This document shows, piece after piece, positions 37,765 through 48,518 of a stretch of 64,000 bases of DNA. Numbering within the stretch: position 1 is the stretch's first letter; every line of letters starts with the position of its first letter. This stretch comes from a bacterium (GTDB lineage: Bacteria > Patescibacteriota > Dojkabacteria > JAKAPS01 > JAJZLI01): assembly GCA_021785355.1 (NCBI GenBank), contig JAJYFR010000001.1, positions 1,003 to 65,002 of the forward strand, read 5' to 3'. The notes beneath the pieces are model-generated. The model saw only the letters and a list, made by a program, of their open reading frames with translations, had not been told where the DNA came from and did not search any database. Both the position numbers and the translations under genes were made by a program.

Positions 37765-38556
37765 TTGAAATTGAAAAAAAAAAGAGAATTTCCTGATGTT
37801 ATTATGCTTATAGGTGCAGGAGACCCTTGGCACAGCTCAGAAAATAAAGATAGATTATACTCTATGTCTCTTGCTGCTTTTATAATCTCTGAAAAATCAT
37901 CAAAAAAACCATATATTCTTTCTTCTGCTTCAAATATAGATCATTTTAGTAAAAAAGATTCAGTAAAATATGAAGAATATTCAAAAGTATTACAAGATAC
38001 TCTAATGGAACTAGGAATAGAGGAAGATCACATAATAGCTAGAGATAAAGCATTTAATACTCATATTGAATTAAGGCTATTAAGACCTTTATTACGAATG
38101 TATATAAAAAGTATTAATAAAGAAGAAGGTGTAATTCCTAATATTCAAATAATTGCATTTCATAATAAAACAAGAGTTGAAAAATTATTAAAATTTTTGA
38201 ATTCAGAGGGTAGGGGGTTGGATGGTAATATTAGTGTTAATACTCCTGATGAGATATTTAAAAAATTTGATCCGAATCTAGAGTATAGGGATATTATGAA
38301 TAATCCTAAAGAAGATATTTTCTCCGAGAAAAGATATTCAAAATATGATGGTATAGAGAGAGTTTTTAATGTTTTTGGTAAATTTAGTCCTCTGTATCCA
38401 AATAATAGAGCTTATCTTGCTTCAAAGGCAAGAAAAGTCTCAGTTCCTTATAAGTGGTCTGTAGATACAGTAGTATCTGGGTCTAAAAAATCTCAAGCAA
38501 AAAAGAAATCTCTAGATATTTTCTATAAATTATTAAAAAGTTTTCTTGGAGATTAA
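37765..38556 (+). CDS. Hypothetical protein (N-terminal LIGAGDPWHS motif; a paralogous fragment lies at 34502)
   Basis: 263-aa ORF. Its N-terminal 35 aa are duplicated in the remnant at 34502..34690. Confidence 0.55.
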   Translation: MKLKKKREFPDVIMLIGAGDPWHSSENKDRLYSMSLAAFIISEKSSKKPYILSSASNIDHFSKKDSVKYEEYSKVLQDTLMELGIEEDHIIARDKAFNTHIELRLLRPLLRMYIKSINKEEGVIPNIQIIAFHNKTRVEKLLKFLNSEGRGLDGNISVNTPDEIFKKFDPNLEYRDIMNNPKEDIFSEKRYSKYDGIERVFNVFGKFSPLYPNNRAYLASKARKVSVPYKWSVDTVVSGSKKSQAKKKSLDIFYKLLKSFLGD

Positions 38557-38667
38557 TTATTAATTTAAAAACTTCTTAATATAGAAGGCTTCTAGCTTTA
38601 ATCTATTTTTAATAAACATGGGAAATAATGGAGGTAATTTATAGAAGAGATTTAGAATATAATTAAT

Positions 38668-38868
38668 ATGAAAAATATTATGTCTTCTAAAATATTTATA
38701 GCTATAGTTTCACTTATCATAGGTATTATATTGGGTTGGTTTTTATGGTATATAGTCTATCCTAATCTCCATACGAGTGGGTCTCAGGTTTGGACAGGAT
38801 CTTCTATTAGACCTGTAAATGGATCAACTACTCATAACAGTACCTATTCTTATCCAAAAGCTTATTAA
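38668..38868 (+). CDS. Small membrane protein
   Basis: 66 aa with one TM helix, IFIAIVSLIIGIILGWFLWYIVY. Confidence 0.4.
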   Translation: MKNIMSSKIFIAIVSLIIGIILGWFLWYIVYPNLHTSGSQVWTGSSIRPVNGSTTHNSTYSYPKAY

Positions 38869-38974
38869 TTTAAAAACTCCTGCATCCATATAATATATAA
38901 GTATTTTTAGGATTAATCTCTTTTTAATAAACAGGGTAGATACTATAAATAGTTTATTTTATTTTATTATAAAC

Positions 38975-39100
38975 ATGCAAGATAATTCTAAATGTCCATA
39001 TTGCGGAAAGGATATTGAAATTATGAAAAATGACGGGGGAGATATATCTTTTTGTTCATCTTGTAGTGAGAACTTTATAAGAGATATGTTATATAGTTAA
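38975..39100 (+). CDS. Small zinc-ribbon protein (CPYC...CSSC), absent from the ORF track because it is under 60 aa
   Basis: ATG at 38975, then MQDNSKCPYCGKDIEIMKNDGGDISFCSSCSENFIRDMLYS, and TAA at 39098..39100. Two CxxC pairs are spaced about 17 aa apart. Confidence 0.35.
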   Translation: MQDNSKCPYCGKDIEIMKNDGGDISFCSSCSENFIRDMLYS

Positions 39101-39136
39101 TATTCTTTTTAACTAAAAAGAATTCAGGAAAATGGA

Positions 39137-40099
39137 TTAGGGGAGGTATGAGGTTGCTAAATCTGACATTATTCTTGCATTTATTCCAATAGCATGAGGT
39201 TCTTCCTCTAATATTAGATGCTCATATCTATTACTATAACCATTTTTTTCTATAATATTAATGAGTTCTAATGCTGATTTAGTTGGACATATTTTACTAC
39301 TTCCTCCATTTATGAGAACTATATTTGATTTCTCATTATTTTTTAAAAACCCTATAACATCTGGTAATAATTTCTTTCTTTGCAGTGCTATAGCATATGT
39401 TAATAGAGCATTTTGATCTTCTACTCTACTAGGAATAAATTCTTGAGATAGTTTAACTATTTGCGTTAAAAATGCATCGTCTAAACCACATGCTTTTATT
39501 TGTTCTTCATCTCTTGCATCTTTTCTGTGATGTATAAAACCTGGTATTTCTTCTATAAAATCTATTAGTGTAGTATGTTTTATTCCTGCAGGATCTACCA
39601 TTATTAATTTTTCTATATTTATTCCAAATTCTTTTGCATGTAAAGCTACACTAGCAGATACTCTTCCTCCCATAGAATAACCATATAAATTTATGTTCGA
39701 AAAATCATTATTAGAAAGAGCTCTTAGGAAAGGAATTGTTATAGAAGAAAAATCAGAATTTGAAAGAAGTGAGACATGTTGTTCAAGATTTAATTGAGAT
39801 GATTTGAGTGTAGATAAGTGATTTATAGCAATAATTGGGTTTCTATATTTTGTGGCAAAAGTTTCTAAAAAATAGCTATATAATCTATTTTCTGTATTAA
39901 ATCCATAAGGAGGGAATATTACTAAAGTACTATCTCTGTCTCCTTCTTTGAAATTAAGAAATCTACTATCAAATCTTATATGGGTTTTAGGATCTTCTAA
40001 AAAGATACTCTTTTGAAGATTTTCTCTAATCTCATATCTTCTCTCCTCTAAAGGAGGCTCAATATTCAAAGAATAACTGGTATCTAGTAAATATTCCAT
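39137..40099 (-). CDS. Alpha/beta hydrolase fold protein
   Basis: 320 aa. The nucleophile elbow YGYSMGGRV (GxSxG), a downstream Asp (MVDPAG) and a C-terminal His (EEEPHAIG). Confidence 0.7.
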   Translation of the reverse strand: MEYLLDTSYSLNIEPPLEERRYEIRENLQKSIFLEDPKTHIRFDSRFLNFKEGDRDSTLVIFPPYGFNTENRLYSYFLETFATKYRNPIIAINHLSTLKSSQLNLEQHVSLLSNSDFSSITIPFLRALSNNDFSNINLYGYSMGGRVSASVALHAKEFGINIEKLIMVDPAGIKHTTLIDFIEEIPGFIHHRKDARDEEQIKACGLDDAFLTQIVKLSQEFIPSRVEDQNALLTYAIALQRKKLLPDVIGFLKNNEKSNIVLINGGSSKICPTKSALELINIIEKNGYSNRYEHLILEEEPHAIGINARIMSDLATSYLP

Positions 40100-40206
40100 T
40101 CTATAATAATATACTATATCTTTTATTTAAGATTTACAAGTTATTGTATTTATATGGAGAAATCTTTGATTTGTAGTATAATATACAAAATTAATATTTA
40201 TATATT

Positions 40207-40707
40207 ATGAATGTAGAAAGTTTTTTTTATGATGAAGCTCAACTGTCTCTAGATAAGCTTTTTGTATATACACAAAAGGCTACTTTAAATAGAGAGCAAA
40301 ATAACATAAATCTTTATCTTCCAAAAGGTTTTATAGATTTTTTTCTTGAAGAGGAAGGAGAAGAGAAAAAAAGATGTCTTATAATAAAAAATTTTGAATT
40401 ATCATCTCAATTACGTATTTTTAGAGAATACAGTATACCAACACTTGAGCAATACAATAAATCAAATATATTTAAACTTCCTTCTGATGCAGTATCTTTT
40501 GAAATGCTAGATAGATCTTTTTTTGAGAGAGAGATCTTTAGGTTAGAGAATTTAGTAACATACCATGGTATTAGACTTTCTTCAGATTTTTATCCTAAGC
40601 ATCTTATTTACTCTCCTTCATCTAATGAAACAAGAATTATCCCATGTGCTAATTTTTTGATAAAAAGTAAGACTATGCAAAATATCTATTCTGATTTGCT
40701 AAACTAA
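40207..40707 (+). CDS. Hypothetical protein
   Basis: 166-aa ORF upstream of the methyltransferase gene and co-oriented with it. Confidence 0.5.
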   Translation: MNVESFFYDEAQLSLDKLFVYTQKATLNREQNNINLYLPKGFIDFFLEEEGEEKKRCLIIKNFELSSQLRIFREYSIPTLEQYNKSNIFKLPSDAVSFEMLDRSFFEREIFRLENLVTYHGIRLSSDFYPKHLIYSPSSNETRIIPCANFLIKSKTMQNIYSDLLN

Positions 40708-40765
40708 TTTCATCTATCTTTCATCTGACAGAAATATAATTCTCCTAAGTTATAAGGTAAATATT

Positions 40766-41323
40766 ATGTATCATAAGTTTCATTATGATAAAAATGAGAG
40801 ATTAAGAACACAAGATCCTTTAAAAATATTAATGGATATAGGTCTTAAACGTGGAGATGTTTTTATGGATATAGGATCTAATGATGGTTTTTTTACTATT
40901 CCTGCATCAAAGATTGTTGGAAAAGAAGGTCAGGTATATGCAGTTGATATAGACGAAGAAGCTATAGAAAAATTGAAAGGATATCTTAAAGATATGCAAA
41001 TTTTTAATGTAGAGACATTTATATCCCAAGGAGAAGATTTTTTAATAGATAAAAATATAGCAGATATAGTTTTTTTAGGAACAGTACTGCATGATTTTTC
41101 AAATCCTACAAAAGTTTTAAAAAATGCTTTCTTAATGTTAAAAGAAGGAGGTCTTTTAATAGATTTTGATTGGAAAAAAGAAAATACTGTAATCGGACCT
41201 CCTATGGATATAAGGTTATCTGAGAGGGAAGCTAGTCTAATGATTAGTAAAGCTAATTTTTCTAATATAGAGATAAAAGATATATCTGATAATTTTTATG
41301 AAATATCTTGCACTAAAGGTTAA
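40766..41323 (+). CDS. Class I SAM-dependent methyltransferase
   Basis: 185 aa. Motif I is VFMDIGSNDGFFT, followed by an acidic residue (VDIDEE) and a motif-III-like VFLGTVLHDF. Confidence 0.7.
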   Translation: MYHKFHYDKNERLRTQDPLKILMDIGLKRGDVFMDIGSNDGFFTIPASKIVGKEGQVYAVDIDEEAIEKLKGYLKDMQIFNVETFISQGEDFLIDKNIADIVFLGTVLHDFSNPTKVLKNAFLMLKEGGLLIDFDWKKENTVIGPPMDIRLSEREASLMISKANFSNIEIKDISDNFYEISCTKG

Positions 41324-42410
41324 TAGTCTTTTTATATCTAGGGTATATATTTTTATATAGATAATTTTTATCTAAATCTTTCTTTGCATTAACAGAATAT
41401 TTATTATAGTCTTTTAGTATAATATTAATGGCACTATTGATATTTTTAAGTTTCAGATCTGTGAGAATTCCATTCTCATAATTCTTAATAAAATCTATTG
41501 CAGCATTGTCTTTACCATTAAAACAAATCACAGGTAATCCAATACTCATAGCTTCAAGTGTAGCTATAGAAAAACCTTCTCTTGAGGATAACATCATAAA
41601 TATTTTTGATTGAGCTATGTATGTATGAATATCAGTTTCATTTTTTAGGAAACCTGTAAATAAAATATTTTTATTTTTATATTTATTCTTATATTTTTTT
41701 AAATCAGGACCATCTCCAACTATAACTATTTTTAATTTTTTATTTATCTTTGTCAGTTCTAATATTTTATCTATATTTTTGAAATCAATTATTCTTCCTG
41801 TATATATTAAATCATAAATTTTATTTTCTTTCTTTATTTTTATCTTATCTATACCATTCTCTACTAGATATACCTTTCTTTTTATTTTCTTCTCTATTCT
41901 TTTTTTTGTAAAATTACTCACAGAGATAATATCCGAAAAGGAGTATAGTGCAAATATTTCTAATATATATCCAATAATTCCTACAAAATAAGATGAATAA
42001 GATGTCCAATAATTAAGATCCCAATACTCATGCCATGTTACGAAAACTTTCATTTTTCTTTTAAAAAGAGAAATCAACTTTATAGAAAATATATGGAAAT
42101 AGGGATTAGCTGTAGTATCTATTATCTCATAATCATTCTTTAATAAAAAAAAGAATAAAGAAAAAGCAAATTGTATACTTAAGAAGATTTTTCTTTTTCC
42201 TTCTTTATTATATAAATCAGAATATTTATTTAATGTATGATAATGGATTCCATTTTCTATAAAATTCTTTTTTTGACCCTCTTTTCTCATCCCTATAATA
42301 TGCACTTCAAAATCTTTTTTAAGATAATGAGATAGGGAATATATTCGTTTTTCAGCGCCTCCAAGCTGATATGGATATATGCAATCATATATAAATGCTA
42401 GTTTCTTCAT
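41313..42410 (-). CDS. Glycosyltransferase family 4
   Basis: 365 aa. LGGAEKR at the N-terminus and MLSSREGFSIATLEAMSIGLPVI (EX7E). Confidence 0.75.
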   Translation of the reverse strand: MKKLAFIYDCIYPYQLGGAEKRIYSLSHYLKKDFEVHIIGMRKEGQKKNFIENGIHYHTLNKYSDLYNKEGKRKIFLSIQFAFSLFFFLLKNDYEIIDTTANPYFHIFSIKLISLFKRKMKVFVTWHEYWDLNYWTSYSSYFVGIIGYILEIFALYSFSDIISVSNFTKKRIEKKIKRKVYLVENGIDKIKIKKENKIYDLIYTGRIIDFKNIDKILELTKINKKLKIVIVGDGPDLKKYKNKYKNKNILFTGFLKNETDIHTYIAQSKIFMMLSSREGFSIATLEAMSIGLPVICFNGKDNAAIDFIKNYENGILTDLKLKNINSAINIILKDYNKYSVNAKKDLDKNYLYKNIYPRYKKTINL

Positions 42411-42544
42411 TTCTTCAATAATATCATGAATTTATTATATACATAATGATATGAAGGAGAATATCACGGCTTATATGGAGAGTCAAGAATATTATAAGCT
42501 TTTGATACTAATATGGTATAATATGTCTTATAATATAAAACTAT

Positions 42545-43129
42545 ATGGAGATATATTCTGGAGATAACAGTAAGGAATTAATAGGTTTTGATATAAAGTA
42601 CAAAGAAAATACAAAAGGTATATATTCTTTTAATGGTATAGTGCCTTTTAGCCTTGATTTTATAGCAGAAGATAATAAAAGATATTTTTTTCTAAAGAAG
42701 GGTGATGTTCAAGGGGAAGCTGAGGGTAAATTTACTTATAGAGTAGCTGAAGAGAATAGTAAAGGTAAATTATTCGTTATTCCTAATAATTCTATTCCTT
42801 TAAAAATTTTTAATTTTACGGAAGAAGGGCAAGAGCGTTCTTATATAGGTTCATTTGAGATTTTTGATAGAATTGCTTTTATTGTAGCTTATTTTAATAA
42901 ATATGATTTGTTATTTAGAGATTTAGATATTAATTCTTTCAGTATATCCTCTGGGGAAAAAGATTGGATAAAACTAATTCCAGGTTCTTTTAGATTATAT
43001 GAGGATACTCATAATCCACAAGATTTTAAAGGATTTTTAGAAAAAATAAGATTAATAGATCCTGAGAATAAATCTACTAAGCTTAGAGATTTTTTTATTT
43101 CTAAATATAAGAAATATCATGGAGTTTGA
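42545..43129 (+). CDS. Hypothetical protein, translationally coupled to the downstream kinase-fold gene
   Basis: 194 aa. The ATG of the next gene overlaps this gene's end by 11 nt. Confidence 0.5.
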   Translation: MEIYSGDNSKELIGFDIKYKENTKGIYSFNGIVPFSLDFIAEDNKRYFFLKKGDVQGEAEGKFTYRVAEENSKGKLFVIPNNSIPLKIFNFTEEGQERSYIGSFEIFDRIAFIVAYFNKYDLLFRDLDINSFSISSGEKDWIKLIPGSFRLYEDTHNPQDFKGFLEKIRLIDPENKSTKLRDFFISKYKKYHGV

Positions 43130-44012
43130 TCACAGTACAGAGGTAAATAGTGAAGTGCCTTCTTTCTTTGAATCTTATTCACAAGGACCTTTTCATAAAA
43201 TTGATAGACTAATGAAGTTTGATACCAAACGTAATATTCCAGAAGGTATATATTTGGATAATAGATTTGTTAAATTAAAAATGAGTAATCTTGAGTCTTT
43301 AGAAATAAGGCAAGAAGATCAACCTATAATGAGAGGTGGTAGTGCACATAATATATCTTTTTTTACACTTACATGTTGTTCTTTTCAAGGAGAGAAAACT
43401 ATACCTGTAGCAGTAAAGGAATATAAAAATACAAGAAATGGGGTAGAGGAGATTAGGAAAATTAGAGAATTACAAAAAATGGGGATATCTACATTTTCTC
43501 CTGTAATGTATCTTAAAACTTCTAAAGCATCATATTTTTTTACTAAAACAAATTTTAATGTTACATCTCTTGATAGATATAATTGGGAAGATTTATATAA
43601 TGAGGGTGGAGTAAATTATAATATTTCTCTAGATCTACTTTTGGGTATATCTAAATCTTTGGCATTGATTCATTCATTAGGTATTCTTCATGGAGATCCT
43701 CAGTTAAAAAATTTTGTTGTAGATACTCAAGGTAAAGTGAAATTAATAGACTGGGAAGCTTGTTATATTCATAACGAAAGGAGTACAGAAGAATTAGCAA
43801 TTAAAGATTTAGGGATACTTTATAAATCGTGTATAGGTTTATATGAAAACTCTAAAAATAATGTGTTCAAAGGTAAGGGTGCAGATTCTTGGTCTATGTT
43901 CAAAAGACTTGTTATAGAATCTTATGTGATTTATCTTATGGAAAAAAATATTTATATTGATGAAGAAAAGTTGGAGAGTATTTTAAGAAAACATCTAAAT
44001 ATTACTTTTTAA
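43119..44012 (+). CDS. Protein-kinase-like fold enzyme of the lipopolysaccharide kinase (Kdo/WaaP/RIO) type
   Basis: 297 aa. A VAVKEYK lysine lies in a beta3-like strand, with the catalytic loop ILHGDPQLKNFVV (HGDxxxxN) and the metal-binding LIDWE (DFG-equivalent Asp). Confidence 0.55.
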   Translation: MEFDHSTEVNSEVPSFFESYSQGPFHKIDRLMKFDTKRNIPEGIYLDNRFVKLKMSNLESLEIRQEDQPIMRGGSAHNISFFTLTCCSFQGEKTIPVAVKEYKNTRNGVEEIRKIRELQKMGISTFSPVMYLKTSKASYFFTKTNFNVTSLDRYNWEDLYNEGGVNYNISLDLLLGISKSLALIHSLGILHGDPQLKNFVVDTQGKVKLIDWEACYIHNERSTEELAIKDLGILYKSCIGLYENSKNNVFKGKGADSWSMFKRLVIESYVIYLMEKNIYIDEEKLESILRKHLNITF

Positions 44013-45138
44013 GTTCTATTATTTTTGAAAATAGACCTGTGAATATAGTTTGTATACCTAGTACAAATAAAGTTACTCCTGCAATAACCCTTCCTTGAGA
44101 GAGTATTCTTCCAAAATGTGTTTCTGCCCATATAACATAAGAGTAGGAAAGTATTAGAATGCTAATTAGAACTAATATAAACCCTATAAGAATAATTTTA
44201 TTCATCCCTAATTTTTTAATAAGTATACTTGTTCTATCTTGTTCTGTTAATTTTTCATTAATTGAATATTGTTTTGTTAATACACCAAATGTAAATATTG
44301 TATATCCAAGTATTGTTATAAGTGAAGCTATATAGAGTATATGATAATAGAATGTTCTTCCTAGTATAGTGAATTTACCAGGGGATAGTAGTATAAAAAT
44401 TATAATTCCAATTAAAAAAAGTAATGATCCTGGGTATATAAATGTAAAATTAGTACCTTGGGTTAAAAGGAAAGTTAGATGTCTCCATCCATCCTTAAAT
44501 GTATTTAATTTTGCTTCAGAACCTTTTCTTTTTGATAAAGTTATAGGTACTTCTGTGATTTTTAATCTTAATTTTCCTGCTTTTACTATCATTTCAGAAG
44601 CAAACTCCATTCCTTCAGTTGAAAGATTTAATTTTTTATATGCGTTTTTTGTAATACCTCTCATTCCACAATGCGCATCAGATACATTTGTATGATAAAA
44701 AATGTTTAAGATTTTAGTAAGTATAGGAGCTCCTATTTTGTGAATAAAAGGAGTTGCTCCTTTTTCTATTTTTCCTTTCCTGTATCTATCTCCCATAACA
44801 AGATCGAAACCTTCCTTTAATTTTTTATAAAATTTTTTACTTTCTAAAAAATCATAAGTGTCATCTGCATCTGCCATTATTATATATTGACCTCTAGCCT
44901 CTTTAAATCCTCTTTTAAGTGCATTCCCATAACCTTTATTCTTTTCTAAAAAAACTAAAGCTCCAGCTTTTTTAGCAACAGAAGATGATTTATCACTAGA
45001 ATTATTATCAATTACTATAACTTCTCCTGTAATTTTCAATTCTTTTATTACTTTTAATGCCTTTTTTACACAAATGCTAACACTTTTCTCTTCGTTATAG
45101 CATGGCATTATAATTGATAATTCTATATTATTTTTCAT
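44002..45138 (-). CDS. GT2 polyprenol-phosphate sugar transferase (GtrB/ArnC/DPM1-like) with a C-terminal membrane domain
   Basis: LSIIMPCYNEE, DNNSSDKSS and DADDTYD form the GT-A core, followed by about 4 TM helices. The start is placed at MKNNIELSIIMP; the ORF track begins 6 codons earlier at 45156. Confidence 0.75.
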   Translation of the reverse strand: MKNNIELSIIMPCYNEEKSVSICVKKALKVIKELKITGEVIVIDNNSSDKSSSVAKKAGALVFLEKNKGYGNALKRGFKEARGQYIIMADADDTYDFLESKKFYKKLKEGFDLVMGDRYRKGKIEKGATPFIHKIGAPILTKILNIFYHTNVSDAHCGMRGITKNAYKKLNLSTEGMEFASEMIVKAGKLRLKITEVPITLSKRKGSEAKLNTFKDGWRHLTFLLTQGTNFTFIYPGSLLFLIGIIIFILLSPGKFTILGRTFYYHILYIASLITILGYTIFTFGVLTKQYSINEKLTEQDRTSILIKKLGMNKIILIGFILVLISILILSYSYVIWAETHFGRILSQGRVIAGVTLFVLGIQTIFTGLFSKIIELKK

Positions 45139-45195
45139 TGAGGAACATTGTATCATAATAAAAGCTCATTTTTAACATTTTAAAAAAATATATAT

Positions 45196-45603
45196 TTAAA
45201 GTGAGGATACTTCTTGTGGTTCTCTAGTATAGATAAGTTCTCCTGATTGAATAGAATCAAGATTTATTGTTTCTATTAAAGATAATACTTTCTCTTCTTC
45301 ATCTCCTTCCTTTTTATAAATTTCTAGTTTTTTAGGAACAAATCTTAAAGTTTTTCTAGTAAGATACTTTCCTTCTGCAAGTATAAATATCAAGTCATCA
45401 TTTCTATCTCTATGTATACCTTTTACTCCCATCATATCTATCTGAGCTTTATCTTCAGGAGGTCTCGCATAATAATAAGATGCATTTATTTGAGTAGAAG
45501 TACCTATATATCCAGAAAGTAAGTTGAATACGTCCTCAATAGAAATAGTTTCTTTAAGTGTGGTTTCTTTTTGAGAAATTAACTCGTTTTCCATAAGAAG
45601 CAT
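45196..45603 (-). CDS. Hypothetical protein
   Basis: 135-aa ORF. Confidence 0.45.
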   Translation of the reverse strand: MLLMENELISQKETTLKETISIEDVFNLLSGYIGTSTQINASYYYARPPEDKAQIDMMGVKGIHRDRNDDLIFILAEGKYLTRKTLRFVPKKLEIYKKEGDEEEKVLSLIETINLDSIQSGELIYTREPQEVSSL

Positions 45604-45677
45604 TATATCAAACTTATAGTAATTTTCATAGTGAATTTTGTTTATTTAATATATTGTGATAAAATCCAAATCTATAT

Positions 45678-46406
45678 ATGAGTACAGTAGAATTATTACA
45701 ACATGGAAGATATAGTAGAGAATCTTTAATTCCTAGATTAGAAGAGAGTTATATTCCTGTTCCTTCTGATATGGAATTTGGTGAAGAATTTCTAGAATTT
45801 GGTGATTTTCAAAAAGTAGATTTTTTAGGAAAAACTAGAAAACAAATGGAATCTTTGTTAAAAGATAAATCTGAATATTACCCATATATAGATAAATGGA
45901 ATAAATGGAAACCTTCTATTGAAAATGGGAGATATAAAAGAGAAGTAAACAAAGTTTCTAAAAAGTTAAATACTAGGGGATCTTTAAACCCTATAATATC
46001 AGCTTATTTAGTAAATAAAAATTCTGTTAATATATCTTTAGATGAAGGAATATTGTTAGAAGAATTTTATAGAATAATAAAACTTCCTGGAATTTCTTTT
46101 TCTAAAGAAAAGATACTTCAATATATTATATTTTTTGGAGAGAAGAATACAGAATCAGTATTAAAAGCTCTAGAAAAATTTCGTTCATTACCTAAGAGTA
46201 TAGACGATACATTTAAGGATCATTTGGTATTGATACGTAATATAGATAAAGGGGAAGAGAAAGATATCATATCTAAATACGAAAATCTTTCTGAGATTTA
46301 TCTTACTGCACCAAGTTGGTTAATAGCAGCATCTTCTATATATAGTAAAAATCCAGATAAATTAATAGAGCTGTATCATACAAAACAGTATGATATTCTT
46401 CAATAA
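45678..46406 (+). CDS. Hypothetical protein
   Basis: 242-aa ORF. Confidence 0.5.
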   Translation: MSTVELLQHGRYSRESLIPRLEESYIPVPSDMEFGEEFLEFGDFQKVDFLGKTRKQMESLLKDKSEYYPYIDKWNKWKPSIENGRYKREVNKVSKKLNTRGSLNPIISAYLVNKNSVNISLDEGILLEEFYRIIKLPGISFSKEKILQYIIFFGEKNTESVLKALEKFRSLPKSIDDTFKDHLVLIRNIDKGEEKDIISKYENLSEIYLTAPSWLIAASSIYSKNPDKLIELYHTKQYDILQ

Positions 46407-46413
46407 TTAAATA

Positions 46414-47100
46414 TTATTTCTTTGTCCTTGCTGTGTACTCTGTTCGTATAATGTAATTATGTACATTATTAAAATCAATATTTATATTCATCAAGAGTCC
46501 TTGTTCCTTAGCTATAGTTTCCCAATTCTGTGTAGGTTTTCTATTACTTGTAATTTCTGCTCCTAGGACATAATTGCCTTTAATTGAAAATAGTTGAGGA
46601 TGATTAATTTTTTGAGAAAAACCGTTTGTTGAAGATATTGAAAAAGGCTCTACATTAGTGGATGAGATATTAGGATCATTTGAAAATTTATTAAGATAAG
46701 TAGATTCTTTTTCAGGAACTCCCACAGAAATATCTGTTACATAAATTCCATATGATTCATAATTATTTATAAATATTTCATTTGGACCTACTGGGTAGAA
46801 ACCAAAAAAATAGCTACTTTTATTTTTTGCATAATCCTTATTTAAAACTTTTAAAGAAGTATCTCCTATAACTATAACTCTAGTATATCCTTTTGATTTT
46901 TCATTATTATCTTTAGGAAAACTTATTGGTTCGTTTATTTGTACACTTTCAATATTTTGTACAGGAAATTTAGATATAGAAGATGAAGAGTTTTCTACAG
47001 CAGCTGTTCCTAAAGTAACTGCTGCTGTAGCAAGTGTTGCAACTATAGCAGATTTTTTGAAATTACTAAGATCATTTTTAAAAGTCTCAGTTTCATTCAT
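46414..47100 (-). CDS. Hypothetical exported/membrane-anchored protein
   Basis: 228 aa. An N-terminal hydrophobic segment AIVATLATAAVTLGTAAV is followed by a beta-rich region. It is the last of three similar-architecture genes in a row. Confidence 0.5.
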   Translation of the reverse strand: MNETETFKNDLSNFKKSAIVATLATAAVTLGTAAVENSSSSISKFPVQNIESVQINEPISFPKDNNEKSKGYTRVIVIGDTSLKVLNKDYAKNKSSYFFGFYPVGPNEIFINNYESYGIYVTDISVGVPEKESTYLNKFSNDPNISSTNVEPFSISSTNGFSQKINHPQLFSIKGNYVLGAEITSNRKPTQNWETIAKEQGLLMNINIDFNNVHNYIIRTEYTARTKK

Positions 47101-47103
47101 AAT

Positions 47104-47736
47104 TTAATTAGCATTAAAACTGTACTCAGGTAATGAGTGAGTAGAGTGAGGGCCTACTATGTTAAAAGTTACATTTCCAACAAGTCCTCCTTGTTTTATT
47201 TGATCTTCATAGTTAGGTTGGTATGAATTTTTATTACTAAATTCATAAAAAATTACAGGATTTTGTCCAACAGTAACACCATTTTCTACAGTTTTAAAAT
47301 TAACAACACTCCCTTGTGTAACAGGTATTCCTAAATTTTCTCCAGTAGCTAAATAAGCTGTTGCGTATACAGAGTAATTAGATTTATTCAAAAAAGGTTC
47401 TATTTTTTTTGCCATACCTTCAGGTATTCCTTGAGATATAGAAGTTATCAATACTCCATCTTTTTTTACTGTTTGTACTAAAACTTTATTGGGTGATACA
47501 TCATAAGCATTATTTTCATGAAGTAATCCATTTGTATTAGTAAGTGTCATACTTACATTTTCCTCAGAACTTTTATTTAAGTTTCTCTCAATAGTTGCTG
47601 CCCCTAAGGCTACTCCTGTTAACAGTAAAGCTCCCATTCCTCCACGTAAAGTTTTTTTAGTAATAGAATTTCTTCTATTTCTTTTAGTATGTTTTTCTTC
47701 CATTATTTGAAATAAATCTTTTTCTTTGTTGTTCAT
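47104..47736 (-). CDS. Hypothetical exported/membrane-anchored protein
   Basis: 210 aa. A basic N-terminus is followed by the TM segment MGALLLTGVALGAATI and a beta-rich domain. Confidence 0.5.
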   Translation of the reverse strand: MNNKEKDLFQIMEEKHTKRNRRNSITKKTLRGGMGALLLTGVALGAATIERNLNKSSEENVSMTLTNTNGLLHENNAYDVSPNKVLVQTVKKDGVLITSISQGIPEGMAKKIEPFLNKSNYSVYATAYLATGENLGIPVTQGSVVNFKTVENGVTVGQNPVIFYEFSNKNSYQPNYEDQIKQGGLVGNVTFNIVGPHSTHSLPEYSFNAN

Positions 47737-47795
47737 AATAAATCTTTTTTAATTTAATATATTAATTATAACAAGGCTTATAGAATTTGTCAATA

Positions 47796-48380
47796 TTACA
47801 TATTTTGATGAACATCAATTGCAACATTTCCTATATTTTTAAGTATTTTCTCTGATTTATTTTCAGCTAGTATAGAGATATATGCTGTAAATCCTCCCTT
47901 AAGAATTCTTGTATCTTTTTTATCTAAAGAGATTGATATTACAGATTTTTGATCTATAAGAGTGTTATTTACTAGAGTATTAAATGTAGTTATATCTCCT
48001 ATATTTGTAATTAAATCTCTGTTATCTAATATTAAATCTACATTTCCTTTTGTAGTGTATCCTAAAGATTTAAATTTAGATATTTTTTTGTTAAATATAT
48101 TAGGTATGCCTATATATAAATTTCTCTTATCTTTATTTTTTTCTATAAATACACGCAATGATCTTAATAGAGGTATGCCTTTTTTATTTCTAATAACAGG
48201 GGTATTATTTATTAATTTTGCTTTCTCAATTTGAGTCCCTTTAATCTCATGAGGATTTTTAATTCTTTCTAATATATTTATACTTTCCTTAGCACTAATC
48301 ATGCCTACTAGAAATATAAGAGAACTTCTGATATATCTGTCTTTCCTACTTAAAACTTTTTTACTATCAGTTAATTTCAT
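47796..48380 (-). CDS. Hypothetical membrane-anchored protein
   Basis: 194 aa with the N-terminal TM segment SSLIFLVGMISA. Confidence 0.5.
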   Translation of the reverse strand: MKLTDSKKVLSRKDRYIRSSLIFLVGMISAKESINILERIKNPHEIKGTQIEKAKLINNTPVIRNKKGIPLLRSLRVFIEKNKDKRNLYIGIPNIFNKKISKFKSLGYTTKGNVDLILDNRDLITNIGDITTFNTLVNNTLIDQKSVISISLDKKDTRILKGGFTAYISILAENKSEKILKNIGNVAIDVHQNM

Positions 48381-48518
48381 AATAAACTATAGAATACTAA
48401 AGCTTATAGAATTTGTCAATATGTATCTTAAAATGGTTTTACTATAAGGCCTATAACTTGTTGCTTTGTGTATAAATATCATAATAAATGATATAATTAT
48501 TCAAATTATATTGGATAT

